63,414 nt of DNA from a virus (lineage: Duplodnaviria; Caudoviricetes). The stretch's first letter is position 1. Each line of letters begins with the position of its first letter. Shown piece by piece: positions 28,527 to 38,789 of this stretch. The notes under the pieces were generated by a model that worked only from the letters and a program-made list of their open reading frames with translations, was not told the DNA's origin and ran no database searches. The DNA lies in IMG/VR virus record IMGVR_UViG_3300029822_000009, positions 1 to 63,414 of that record; one strand, 5' to 3'. A program made the translations under genes and the position numbers.

Positions 28527-30880
28527 TAATTTCTTCTTACTTTATAGTTAATTAATCTACTAGAACCATCATATAATGCAGTCATACTATATGTTTCTAA
28601 TGGATTAACATCATTATCACAATCTATATTATTGTTATATATTTTAATAGTAGCTGTAGTTAATGCATTATTAGAATCATAAACATGATCAACTATTCTG
28701 AAATTTTCTTGTGTCAATCCTAAAATTCTTTTTATTTGAGCATCTAAATTATTAACTGATATAAACATATCATTAATTTGATCAGCCATATTGTCAATAG
28801 ATTCCTTAATTTCAGTAAATCCGCTTTCAATTTCAGTAAAACCACTAGTCATAATTAAAACATTTTCATTCATTTCATAAGTAACTCCACTTATAAATGA
28901 TACTTTTGTATCTAATGATTCTACTTGAATTGCCATATTATCAACAGAATCAATAACATTATCAAATCCTTGATCAATATTAGTAAAACCACTAGTCATA
29001 TATAATACATTTTCATTCATTTCATGAGTAACTCCACTTATAAATGATACTTTTGTATCTAATGATTCTACTTGAATTGTCATATCATCAATAGATTCCT
29101 TAATTTCAGTAAAACCACTTTCTATATTAGTAAAACCACTAGTCATAATTAAAACATTTTCATTCATTTCATATGTAACTCCACTGATAAATGATACTTT
29201 TGTATCTAATTCACTTATATCTAATATAATATCAGTTAATGATTCATCAATTTCTATTATATCATCTCCTATATTTATAATATCTTGTATTATAATATCT
29301 GACTTATTATTTATATCAGATGTTATACCACTAATATTTGAAACCTTATCATCTATCGATATTGTATTTTGTAAAACATCATCTAATACACCACTAATAT
29401 CAGTAATATTATCATTTATAACATTAATATCTTCATAAATATCATCTACTTTATCACTAATATATGTAACTTTAATATCTAAATTATTAATTTGTGATAC
29501 AATTTCATCCATTGATTCAGTAACACCACTAAATTGAACAGTTAATCCACTAATTTGTTCTGTTATAATTATTGTATTATCTAATATTTTTATAGTAGTG
29601 CCAGTCAATTCATTAATATTATCATTAATACCAACAGTTATTCCACTTAATTCTATTAAATTGGTATCTATATTATTAACAATATTATTTGTATCATAAG
29701 TTATTCCACTTAATTCTATTAAATTGGTATCTATATTATTAACAATATTATTTGTATCATAAGTTATATCGCTAATTGAATTGACAGTAATATCAATATT
29801 ATTAACTGTGTCGAAGATTTTTTTACTAATATCCATTATAAACCCATCTAATACTAGTGTTATTCCACTGCTAGCATAATTTTCTAAATATCCTACACCT
29901 CTAATATCAATAGTTCCGCCACTACAAGATTCATCTAATATTATTTTACCTGCAATTAACTCTATATTAATAACATCATTATCATTTGTATTTATTACTT
30001 TAACTTCACCAGAATATGATCTTATTAAAGTTTTGGTATTTTTATTATTATTAGTATCTATTATTAATTCTTTATTACTATTACCTGTAAAACAATTACT
30101 TAATATTAAATTATTATCTATTTTTATTGTTGATGATAATTGAGTATTTTTAATATTTCCGTTTATATTATAAATATCATTTTCTATTATACTATCTATT
30201 ATTGATGTTTTACTACCATTAAAATCACCTTGTATTGTAACATTATAAAAATATGTGTTATTTAATATAATAGATGATATATTAGATGTTACTATATATT
30301 CGTTTTTATCACCATATATGCTAAATTCTGATAAATTATAGTCATCTGTAATATTAAGATCTGATCTTATATATATCTTATTTAAGTTATATGTATTAGC
30401 AATAATTATAGCTTGTTGTATATTATTTACAGGTTGGGCTATTGTTCCAACGGGATGCTCTATTCCTACATATGGTGAATTAAAATCAAAATAAACTCTA
30501 TCTCCATAAGCTAATCTTTTTTCAACATCAGATCTAACAATAGGTACATCTGATGTATTATTTGTAACAGAAGCATTATTTATAATAAATGGACTTAAAC
30601 CATCATCTGAATATAAATTCATATCAACTGTTATAGACATATTTTCTACGTAAACTTTCCACCCGTTTGTTAAAAAATAATATGGTGGTGTTGATTGAAA
30701 TTCCGATATTGGCTCACCTCCAAATGTAAAAAAAGCAGCATCATATTTAGCATTATCATCTATTAAAACCCATTCTTTCCAATTTGAGTATAAATCAATT
30801 CCAACATCAATATATGTTATACCAGTAAGAACTATTATTAATTTATTAATATGGTCAAAAGTAACTACATCATTTCCCAT
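28526..30880 (-). CDS. Fibre-like protein with long heptad coiled coil
   Basis: GT...PV.NI..A motif; 21-aa and 49-aa internal repeats. Confidence 0.65.
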   Translation of the reverse strand: MGNDVVTFDHINKLIIVLTGITYIDVGIDLYSNWKEWVLIDDNAKYDAAFFTFGGEPISEFQSTPPYYFLTNGWKVYVENMSITVDMNLYSDDGLSPFIINNASVTNNTSDVPIVRSDVEKRLAYGDRVYFDFNSPYVGIEHPVGTIAQPVNNIQQAIIIANTYNLNKIYIRSDLNITDDYNLSEFSIYGDKNEYIVTSNISSIILNNTYFYNVTIQGDFNGSKTSIIDSIIENDIYNINGNIKNTQLSSTIKIDNNLILSNCFTGNSNKELIIDTNNNKNTKTLIRSYSGEVKVINTNDNDVINIELIAGKIILDESCSGGTIDIRGVGYLENYASSGITLVLDGFIMDISKKIFDTVNNIDITVNSISDITYDTNNIVNNIDTNLIELSGITYDTNNIVNNIDTNLIELSGITVGINDNINELTGTTIKILDNTIIITEQISGLTVQFSGVTESMDEIVSQINNLDIKVTYISDKVDDIYEDINVINDNITDISGVLDDVLQNTISIDDKVSNISGITSDINNKSDIIIQDIINIGDDIIEIDESLTDIILDISELDTKVSFISGVTYEMNENVLIMTSGFTNIESGFTEIKESIDDMTIQVESLDTKVSFISGVTHEMNENVLYMTSGFTNIDQGFDNVIDSVDNMAIQVESLDTKVSFISGVTYEMNENVLIMTSGFTEIESGFTEIKESIDNMADQINDMFISVNNLDAQIKRILGLTQENFRIVDHVYDSNNALTTATIKIYNNNIDCDNDVNPLETYSMTALYDGSSRLINYKVRRN
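28790..29767 (-). repeat. Coding tandem repeats: about 3 x 147 bp and 2 x 63 bp
   Basis: tacttttgtatctaat at 28901, 29048, 29195; ITYDTNNIVNNIDTNLIELSG twice. Confidence 0.85.
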
Positions 30881-30934
30881 TCATTCATATATAAATTTAT
30901 CATATATATAAAATAAATTAAATCCAATTTAATT

Positions 30935-31903
30935 TTAACATAAATCTTTAAAAACACTGAAATATTCAGAAATTGTATTCTGGTATTTTTTATTTTTATT
31001 ATATATATCAACTATATCATTATAATACATTTTAAAAATAGAATAACCATCTTTTATATCATCTATTAATAAATCCGGTGTTTCATCGGAAAAATAAATA
31101 TGAATATCATCATCTATTACTATTCCATTACTTGCATTAACCAGTTCCATTAATCCGCCACTAGATACATGTAATATTGGTAATTGACATTGTAAAGCTT
31201 GACAAGTGACCTTAGATCCAGCATCTCTATAAAATAATGATAAAAAAGCATCAGATTCACCAATCAACTTAGACATTTGTTCATCATTATCAACATATCC
31301 TAATTTTATAATATTATCAGGTAAATCAACATCACAATACCCTATTAATTTTATAATATCATCCTTATTAATAAATTTTGATAATTCTATAATACTTTTT
31401 AATCTTTTAGGATGTCTATTCCAATTAGTTGCAGATGATATAAAAGTAAATTTTTCATTTTTTATTTTTCTTTTATAAAATACTTTATCATCTACATTAT
31501 TTAATATTACTTTATAATTAAGTGGAGAATAACCATATAGTTTTTTCAATGAATCTTTAGAAAATTTACTTATAAAAATAACCATATCAGATTCTAATGC
31601 TGCCCTATTTAACATACAATTTTTATATTTTAATTCATTTTGCCAATATATACCATCCATTCTTTTCACTAGAGCAATATCTTTTTTATCTGCCCATTCT
31701 AATATATCTATTGGGTATGTAGTATTTGTTACAATAATATCAGATTCTTTATAATCATAAACTCTTTCAAAATTATATAAATGAGCATATTTTGTTAAAT
31801 CCCTCATTATGTCATTCTCAATTGGTCCATAAGAATTATTATTATGTAATTTATTCGATAATGAATTTATCGAGCAATCATAATATTTTTTTATTTTTTT
31901 CAT
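30935..31903 (-). CDS. Glycosyltransferase (GT-B/GT4-like)
   Basis: RMDG, VIFISKFS, ILNNVD...F, DAFL, ALQCQLPI....GG..ELV. Confidence 0.8.
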   Translation of the reverse strand: MKKIKKYYDCSINSLSNKLHNNNSYGPIENDIMRDLTKYAHLYNFERVYDYKESDIIVTNTTYPIDILEWADKKDIALVKRMDGIYWQNELKYKNCMLNRAALESDMVIFISKFSKDSLKKLYGYSPLNYKVILNNVDDKVFYKRKIKNEKFTFISSATNWNRHPKRLKSIIELSKFINKDDIIKLIGYCDVDLPDNIIKLGYVDNDEQMSKLIGESDAFLSLFYRDAGSKVTCQALQCQLPILHVSSGGLMELVNASNGIVIDDDIHIYFSDETPDLLIDDIKDGYSIFKMYYNDIVDIYNKNKKYQNTISEYFSVFKDLC

Positions 31904-32663
31904 TTACCCACCAATTTGTTTTTAATTTTAAAAAAGTATCATCTTCAAAATGTACCACATATCCTTCTATATTATGTTCTGATTTACAATCTATTATTAA
32001 TTGTTCTAATGTTTTATTATGGTATTCAACCATATTTATACCTTCTGATTTATAATTTTCAATATCTAAGTATTTACCAGTTTTATTACATCTTAATTTT
32101 AATAAAATTAAATCTTTTCTATCTCCATAATCCACATACATCTTTGTTCCTATATACTCAAAAATTGGCTGTATGTTTTTATTTAAACACCTATTAATGA
32201 AATCAAAATAATTTTTATCTGATAAAAAATCATTAACTTTTAAATTTATAGTTTCATCTATTCCATGTTTAGTAAATGATATAATTTTATTATTTGGTAA
32301 TTTTAAAAAAGATACTAAATAACCATCTTCTTTTGTTGTTATATTTTTTATTTTTTTATCTTTAAATAATTCATATCTACAATGATTATATTGATCAATT
32401 TCCCAAAATTTATGTAACAATAAATGATGATTAAATACACTACCATCATCATCAAATACAAAACAAATACCCTTTAATTCTAATGCATTAATATTCGGAT
32501 TATCTAATATAGGTAACATAAAATTATTATATTTAGCATACCTATATCCAAAAATTGATAAATTATAATTATCTATAACATATTTATTTTCATAGAAATA
32601 CATATCAGGATTGTTATTAATAATATTTATACAATCTTCATATGTTGGAATATAAAATTTCAT
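31878..32663 (-). CDS. RNA ligase (T4 Rnl1-like)
   Basis: ELKGICF, HKFW, KEDG motif I, FEY, EGYVV, KLK. Confidence 0.75.
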   Translation of the reverse strand: MKFYIPTYEDCINIINNNPDMYFYENKYVIDNYNLSIFGYRYAKYNNFMLPILDNPNINALELKGICFVFDDDGSVFNHHLLLHKFWEIDQYNHCRYELFKDKKIKNITTKEDGYLVSFLKLPNNKIISFTKHGIDETINLKVNDFLSDKNYFDFINRCLNKNIQPIFEYIGTKMYVDYGDRKDLILLKLRCNKTGKYLDIENYKSEGINMVEYHNKTLEQLIIDCKSEHNIEGYVVHFEDDTFLKLKTNWWVNEKNKKIL

Positions 32664-32693
32664 TTAATTTATATTCATTATTAATATATAAGT

Positions 32694-34151
32694 TTATCTC
32701 CAATATCTATCTCTTTCATCTTCTTCTATGTCATAATCACTATAATGTATATTAGTTCCCATTATTGAAGCAGTATCAAAAATTTCATTTAATGTTATAT
32801 CATGTTCTTTTAATATTTTATTTATTTGATCATCTGATATGTAATTATCGTTTTTAATGTGTCCGGTATAATAACTACCATTACTATATATTGTTACTCC
32901 TATTTTTCTATATATGGAATTTGATTTTTGTTTTAAATCTATAATTACTAATTGAATATTACTAGTTCCAACATAGTCTTGCCAATATGATAATGAATCT
33001 TTTATACACCAACTAGTATCATTTGCGATTTGTTGTAGAGCATCATGTGATAATACTCTAATAACCATTAATTCACCATCATTAAATACCATTTTTAATT
33101 CACTGTTATTTCTTACTTTTTTTTCTATTTCTTCATCATCATTACTAGACATTACAAATTTCATAAGAGCTTCAATAAGTTCTTCTTGTGTTTTATATCT
33201 AGAAACTTTTTTCAAAAAGAAAGTTCTATACATTTCTAATTTTTTCTTTGACTCTTCATTATCTGAACTTAATTCTCTAATCAATTCAATAAAATAATCA
33301 TTTGTATGTAAGTTCTTTCTTAAATAAGATGGATATTCACTTGCAAATATTTTAGCTTTATTAATATCGATTATTCTAACTAGATCATCTTCTAATCTTT
33401 CAAAATTTGTATTATATGTTCTACCATTTATAGTATATGGTAATTTTTGAAACATATATTCATGAACTCTTTGAGGTAAATTCCTTAAAATATTTTTATT
33501 ATCATTTAATGTTCTTAATAATATTCTTAACCGTGTCAATGATATTTTTTCTTGAAAATGAAAATATGTAAATAAACCTAATAGACCATTTTTATTATTC
33601 AACATTTTAATAATTCTAATATAATTAGTATTAGTTTCGTCTTTTTGATGTCTTTTTAATACTTTTATTGCTAAATCTCTATTTTCTTTTATATACGTTT
33701 TATAACCAAATACTCTAAAATTATCCTTAATGAATGTTCTTACTTTAAATAATAATGCATAATCTTCTTTTAATAATAAATCATCACAAATATTATCTAA
33801 TTGATTTCTTGACATTCTATAATATTCTTTTGGTAATTCGTATTTTTCTACCAATTTACATTGTATATCATTCAATAAGTGTTGATATGTTCTTTTTTTA
33901 TCGGGGTGATTATTAACAACATTTCTTATAAAATTAGCAAATCTATTATCATTTAATTCTAAAAATGATTGATACATTAAATCTTTAAAATTACTAAATT
34001 GATATATTTCTTTTCCACTTAATAGAAAATCATCAATTTCTTTTTTAATTTCTTCTTCAACATTACTCCCTAATTTTTGAACTAATTTATTTACAATTGG
34101 ATTAGTTTTTAATGCATCCTTTATTTTATCCTTTATTAAATTATCATACAT
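32694..34151 (-). CDS. Hypothetical protein; paralog of 1..707
   Basis: GLFTYF, NFERLEDDL, TSWCIKDSLSYWQDYV. Confidence 0.7.
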   Translation of the reverse strand: MYDNLIKDKIKDALKTNPIVNKLVQKLGSNVEEEIKKEIDDFLLSGKEIYQFSNFKDLMYQSFLELNDNRFANFIRNVVNNHPDKKRTYQHLLNDIQCKLVEKYELPKEYYRMSRNQLDNICDDLLLKEDYALLFKVRTFIKDNFRVFGYKTYIKENRDLAIKVLKRHQKDETNTNYIRIIKMLNNKNGLLGLFTYFHFQEKISLTRLRILLRTLNDNKNILRNLPQRVHEYMFQKLPYTINGRTYNTNFERLEDDLVRIIDINKAKIFASEYPSYLRKNLHTNDYFIELIRELSSDNEESKKKLEMYRTFFLKKVSRYKTQEELIEALMKFVMSSNDDEEIEKKVRNNSELKMVFNDGELMVIRVLSHDALQQIANDTSWCIKDSLSYWQDYVGTSNIQLVIIDLKQKSNSIYRKIGVTIYSNGSYYTGHIKNDNYISDDQINKILKEHDITLNEIFDTASIMGTNIHYSDYDIEEDERDRYWR

Positions 34152-34204
34152 AATAAAATTTTTATTTTATTTTATTTATATATAAATAAAATTTTACTTA
34201 ATTC

Positions 34205-34705
34205 ATGAAGTATTTAAAATCATATAACGAATCCATTAAACATCTTTTAAAACCCAAAGATAGTGAAGAAGTATCAAAAACTGTTGAAATAAGAGATCAG
34301 ATTTATATACAACAACATAAATGTCAATATGAAATTTTAAAATTTTTAAAATCTATAAAATTTAAATTTGATTATCCAATTGAATTAATAAAAGAACCAA
34401 CTATGTTTGATATGATTGGTAGTATAATTATTACTGATTTTATAAAAGAACATAAAAGAATAATACCAAACTTTAATAAATTATCATATGATGAACAAAA
34501 TATAGCATGGGATAAAAGTATTAATAATATAATTAAACCTAAAATTAAAGAAATATTAAATCAATATGATTTTAAATTAAATGATGACGGTATTAAATAT
34601 GGTCAAGGTGATTTATTAATAGAATTTTCTACACCATATGACGAATTATTAAAATTTAGTAAATCAAATTTTAAAATAGTATCTGATAAATTTATAAAAA
34701 AATAA
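34205..34705 (+). CDS. Hypothetical protein with MKYLKSYNESIKHLLKPK leader
   Basis: ORF track. Confidence 0.7.
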   Translation: MKYLKSYNESIKHLLKPKDSEEVSKTVEIRDQIYIQQHKCQYEILKFLKSIKFKFDYPIELIKEPTMFDMIGSIIITDFIKEHKRIIPNFNKLSYDEQNIAWDKSINNIIKPKIKEILNQYDFKLNDDGIKYGQGDLLIEFSTPYDELLKFSKSNFKIVSDKFIKK

Positions 34706-34711
34706 AATTTC

Positions 34712-35368
34712 ATGAAAAAATTTACTACTATATTAAACGAGAAAATGGAAATAGAAAAAGGAACAATTAAATTATCTGTTCTTTTTACTGATATTGTTGA
34801 TAGTGCTGAAAAATGGAGAGATAGTAAAGAAGATATGATGAAATCATTAGAACAACAATCTATTTTGTTCGATAATTTATCAAAGAAACATAAAGGTATA
34901 ATTGTAAAATCTATTGGAGATGCATATATGGTATCATTTAAAAAAATTGAAGATTCGATAAAATTTGCAATAGAATTACAAAATGAATTAAAAGAAAATC
35001 CAATTAAAGTAAATAATAAAAATATAAATATTAGAATTGGAATTTGTTATGGAGAAGTACATGAAACTACAATTGAATTACAAGGACATAAAATTATTGA
35101 TTATATGGGAAATGTAGTAAATAGTGCTGCAAGAATAGAAGGAAAGGTATGTAAACCAGGTAATGTGGTTTTTTCTTCTTTTGATGAAAATATTGATATT
35201 AAAGATTTATTAAAAGATTATAAAGTAGATTTTATAAAATTTAAAAATGAAGGAGATGAAGCTAAAAGATCATCAAGGCTACTAACAGATGTACAAAGAT
35301 ATTATTATAAAGATATTAAGGAACTAAAAGGAATTAAAGAAATAGAAGTTTATCATATAAATTTATAA
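34712..35368 (+). CDS. Class III adenylate cyclase
   Basis: VLFTDIVDS, VKSIGDAYM, IRIGI, DYMGNVVNSAARIE; Lys/Asp ATP-specificity residues present. Confidence 0.85.
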   Translation: MKKFTTILNEKMEIEKGTIKLSVLFTDIVDSAEKWRDSKEDMMKSLEQQSILFDNLSKKHKGIIVKSIGDAYMVSFKKIEDSIKFAIELQNELKENPIKVNNKNINIRIGICYGEVHETTIELQGHKIIDYMGNVVNSAARIEGKVCKPGNVVFSSFDENIDIKDLLKDYKVDFIKFKNEGDEAKRSSRLLTDVQRYYYKDIKELKGIKEIEVYHINL

Positions 35369-35409
35369 CTTTTTTTATTTTCATTACTATATAAATAAAA
35401 ATTTTAGTA

Positions 35410-35820
35410 GTGAAAGATTTAATCAATAAATTAATAATTGATCAACCTTTTGGTATTTATACAAGAAATGGTTTAGAATATACATTAAAGGATATTAAAA
35501 ATAAACTTCATATTTATTTATTAGATTTTAATGATGTTAAATCATTAAATGAAAAACATGGTTATAAATCGGTTAATGAAATTTTTAAAAAAACCTTTTC
35601 AGAATTAAATGACAAATTTATCATCGGTAGAGCTTTCTCGGGTGATGAAATATTTATATGTACTACTAATGAAGATGCTGAAATATGGGCAATTAATTAT
35701 ATAGAAAAAATTTGTTCAAAAAACAATTTATATTTTGAACATATATATTCTATTTTTGATCCATTTGAAGAAGATATAAAAGATAAATTTGATAAAATGA
35801 TAGAACAATTACATGGATAG
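35410..35820 (+). CDS. Truncated/degenerate GGDEF-like domain protein
   Basis: LLDFNDVKSLNEKHGY...IGRAFSGDEIFI; GTG start. Confidence 0.7.
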   Translation: MKDLINKLIIDQPFGIYTRNGLEYTLKDIKNKLHIYLLDFNDVKSLNEKHGYKSVNEIFKKTFSELNDKFIIGRAFSGDEIFICTTNEDAEIWAINYIEKICSKNNLYFEHIYSIFDPFEEDIKDKFDKMIEQLHG

Positions 35821-35977
35821 ATATTATACAAAATTAATATCAACTGATTTAATTGAAGTTAAACCATTAGATAAACCAAATGGTACTTTATACTATATGG
35901 ATTATACATATAAAGATTTGTTAAAAGAAAGAAAAGAAAAAATTGATAAAATCATAGGAAAATGGAAGAAAAAATAA
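35813..35977 (+). CDS. 54-aa protein resembling a major-capsid segment, with RKEKIDKI tag
   Basis: MDRYYTKLISTDLIEVKPLDKPNGTLYYMDYTYKDLLKERKEKIDKIIGKWKKK; not in the ORF track. Confidence 0.65.
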   Translation: MDRYYTKLISTDLIEVKPLDKPNGTLYYMDYTYKDLLKERKEKIDKIIGKWKKK

Positions 35978-36258
35978 CCGAAAATCAAGTAATGGATTAT
36001 TGTCTTCATTTATTAGATGGTTGTAAAAGATTAAATTTAAATTATTATAAATTTGATTTCTATAAGAGATTAAATGATTTTTATAATAAAAGATTAGTTA
36101 ATGGGAATTATATGGTTAATGTATCAAATAAAGAATGTGTTAATTTTCTTGAAGATATATCAAAAGAAATTAATTATTATTATGAAAGCAGAAGTCCAAA
36201 ATATAGAAAGTATAAATTACAAAATATAATAAAAAGAAATGAAGTCAGAAAAAATTAA
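35962..36258 (+). CDS. Hypothetical protein, RKYKLQNI tag
   Basis: ORF track. Confidence 0.6.
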   Translation: MEEKITENQVMDYCLHLLDGCKRLNLNYYKFDFYKRLNDFYNKRLVNGNYMVNVSNKECVNFLEDISKEINYYYESRSPKYRKYKLQNIIKRNEVRKN

Positions 36259-36502
36259 AAGTGATATTAATAATATACTAGAAAAATATTTTTTTGAATT
36301 TAATACAGATAAAACTAGAAATCAAATATGTAATGAATTATCTAATTATTTAAATATGGATGTTATCGATAAGACAACCAATGATATGATAAGGTATGAT
36401 CAATTTGATTTTAGAGTAAAAATAGGTAATAATTATTATCCGTTAAATGATACATTAATTCATATAGAAAGAATTGAAAAATTAAAAAGAATAATGAAAT
36501 AA
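36239..36502 (+). CDS. Small protein resembling the tail-sheath C-terminal domain, RIEKLKRI tag
   Basis: YFFEFNTDKTRNQICNELSNYL recalls the sheath FE.N...TR motif. Confidence 0.55.
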   Translation: MKSEKIKSDINNILEKYFFEFNTDKTRNQICNELSNYLNMDVIDKTTNDMIRYDQFDFRVKIGNNYYPLNDTLIHIERIEKLKRIMK

Positions 36503-36505
36503 CTT

Positions 36506-36973
36506 ATGAATAAACACGAACAATTAGAAAAATTAGAAAAAGAATTAAAAAAATTAAAAGATTTACATAAATCAATGTGGGAATCATATGGTAGTGAATT
36601 ATCATCTGGTGATATGGAAAATAAAGAAAAAGAATTAGAATATAAAATTAGAGAAATTAAAAATGAAATAGTTAAAGATTTCTTTATTGAAAGAGGAGCA
36701 TATCCAGATTTTGAAATTATTAATTCACCAATGTTTATAATTAAAGATAAAGGAATAACTAAAACGTTAATGTTACAAACATTAGGAATAAATGTTAGTT
36801 ATTTTATTGATGAATACTTAAATAATTTAAATATAAAAACTTTTATTTATAATAATGGTGATATAGATTCATTTAATGATAATATGTTTTCAATAAGATT
36901 TGCAACATTAGAATGTGATGATAGACTTATGAAATATAGAAAGAATAAAATTAATAAAATATATGGTAAATAA
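36506..36973 (+). CDS. Hypothetical protein, RKNKINKI tag
   Basis: ORF track. Confidence 0.6.
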   Translation: MNKHEQLEKLEKELKKLKDLHKSMWESYGSELSSGDMENKEKELEYKIREIKNEIVKDFFIERGAYPDFEIINSPMFIIKDKGITKTLMLQTLGINVSYFIDEYLNNLNIKTFIYNNGDIDSFNDNMFSIRFATLECDDRLMKYRKNKINKIYGK

Positions 36974-37958
36974 ATTAGAAGAAATAGGATTTTATTCTCT
37001 TAGTGATGAAAGAGCTAAGAATGCATCATTAACATCACAAATGAAGAGATGCGAGATGATTATCACTGAATACTGCAATTTCAATTGCCCATATTGTAGA
37101 GGATTAAAATCAGAAATATATGGTAATCGGAAACATAAAATGTTATCATTAGATGAAGTAAAGCAAAATATAGATTATTGGTGTGAAAATGAACCATTAG
37201 AAAATATAAGATTTTCTGGAGGAGAACCAACATTACACCCAAATATTAAAGAAATAGTTAAATATTCAAAAGAAAAAGGAATAAATAGAATTGCTATATC
37301 AACTAATGGTTCTAATAACTTAGAATTATATAAACAACTTATAAATTTAGGTGTTAATGATTATTCAATATCATTAGATGCTTGCTGCAGTGAAGACGGC
37401 GATAAAATGGCAGGTGATATTAAAGGATCTTGGGATATAGTAATAAACAATATAAAAGAAATATCTAAATTGACATATGTATCTGTGGGTATCGTATTAA
37501 ATGAAATGAATATTGATAAAACAATAGATACTATTAAATTTGCTGATTCATTAGGAGTTTCAGATATCCGTATAATAAGTTCTGCTCAATTTAATCAACC
37601 TATACCAAGATTAAATGAAGTACCAGAAACAATTAAGGAAAAATATCCTATATTAAGATATAGAATTGATAATTTTGCAAATGGTATAAATGTTAGAGGA
37701 TTAACTGAAAACGATAGTCATAAATGTCATTTAATGTTAGATGATAGTGTTATAGCGGCTGATTTTCATTTTCAATGTGTTATTCACATGAGAGAAGGAG
37801 GTAAACCAATTGGTAAAGTTGGACCAAATATGAGACAGGAAAGATATGATTTTATACAATCATTTGATACTCATAAAGATCCAATATGTAAAAAGAATTG
37901 TTTAGATGTTTGTCGTTTTTTCAATTCTAGATATGATTATTATAATAGATGTTTGTAA
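36963..37958 (+). CDS. Radical SAM protein
   Basis: CNFNCPYC, FSGGEPTL, STNG; C-terminal Cys cluster. Confidence 0.85.
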   Translation: MVNKLEEIGFYSLSDERAKNASLTSQMKRCEMIITEYCNFNCPYCRGLKSEIYGNRKHKMLSLDEVKQNIDYWCENEPLENIRFSGGEPTLHPNIKEIVKYSKEKGINRIAISTNGSNNLELYKQLINLGVNDYSISLDACCSEDGDKMAGDIKGSWDIVINNIKEISKLTYVSVGIVLNEMNIDKTIDTIKFADSLGVSDIRIISSAQFNQPIPRLNEVPETIKEKYPILRYRIDNFANGINVRGLTENDSHKCHLMLDDSVIAADFHFQCVIHMREGGKPIGKVGPNMRQERYDFIQSFDTHKDPICKKNCLDVCRFFNSRYDYYNRCL

Positions 37959-37994
37959 TTAATATATAGAATAAAATAAAATAAACATAATAAA

Positions 37995-38204
37995 ATGAAT
38001 AAAAAATTAAAAGTTGGATTAGATTTAACAAAACCAAAAATTAAAAAATTTAATGAATTTAATGAATTGATCATACAAGAATCAATTAATAATACTGATG
38101 TAAATTTAATTAAAAAATCATTCCAAAATATTGGTATTGATATAGTTAATGATAAATCAGGTTATAAAATAGATATTACAAAATATGGGGAAGATATTGA
38201 ATAA
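37995..38204 (+). CDS. Hypothetical protein
   Basis: ORF track; KIKKFNEF motif. Confidence 0.5.
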   Translation: MNKKLKVGLDLTKPKIKKFNEFNELIIQESINNTDVNLIKKSFQNIGIDIVNDKSGYKIDITKYGEDIE

Positions 38205-38538
38205 AAACTGGTTATCTAATGGTGAAATAATTAAACAATATAATTGTATATGGGATACTGGTTCAATGGAAACATTAATATCTGAAAAAGTTATAAATGA
38301 TTTAAATCCAATAAAAAATGGATATGTATTTATAAATACTATTCATGGAGAAAAGAAATCAGATAAATATATTTTACAATTGTTATTAGAAGATCATTCA
38401 AAATCTATAAAAATAAATTCTGCTTGTTTTGGAAAAAGTAGAGAATTTGACATTATTATTGGAATGGATATAATTGAATATGGTTTATTTGTTTTAGATA
38501 AAGGTAAATTTTCATTTACAATTGAACAACTTAAATAA
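38185..38538 (+). CDS. Retropepsin-like aspartic protease
   Basis: IWDTGS and DIIIGMDII. Confidence 0.75.
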   Translation: MGKILNKNWLSNGEIIKQYNCIWDTGSMETLISEKVINDLNPIKNGYVFINTIHGEKKSDKYILQLLLEDHSKSIKINSACFGKSREFDIIIGMDIIEYGLFVLDKGKFSFTIEQLK

Positions 38539-38540
38539 AT

Positions 38541-38789
38541 ATGGCAATACATAACAAATGGTTAAACGATTATGCTAAAGAACACACATTTAAAATTTTT
38601 AAAACAAATGAACCTTGTCCACATAAAGGATGTTATAATCATGTTATAACCCCATGTGAATTATGTGGTAGAATAGGAATGCAAGGTGACTTTAAAATAA
38701 GTATAAATGATCTAGAAAAAATTAAAAATAGACATAGAAAAATAAATAAATTATATGAGAAAAACAATTGGGTTAGTAGCACACGATAA
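38541..38789 (+). CDS. Small Cys/His zinc-binding protein, RHRKINKL tag
   Basis: PCPHKGCYNH...CELCGR. Confidence 0.6.
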   Translation: MAIHNKWLNDYAKEHTFKIFKTNEPCPHKGCYNHVITPCELCGRIGMQGDFKISINDLEKIKNRHRKINKLYEKNNWVSSTR

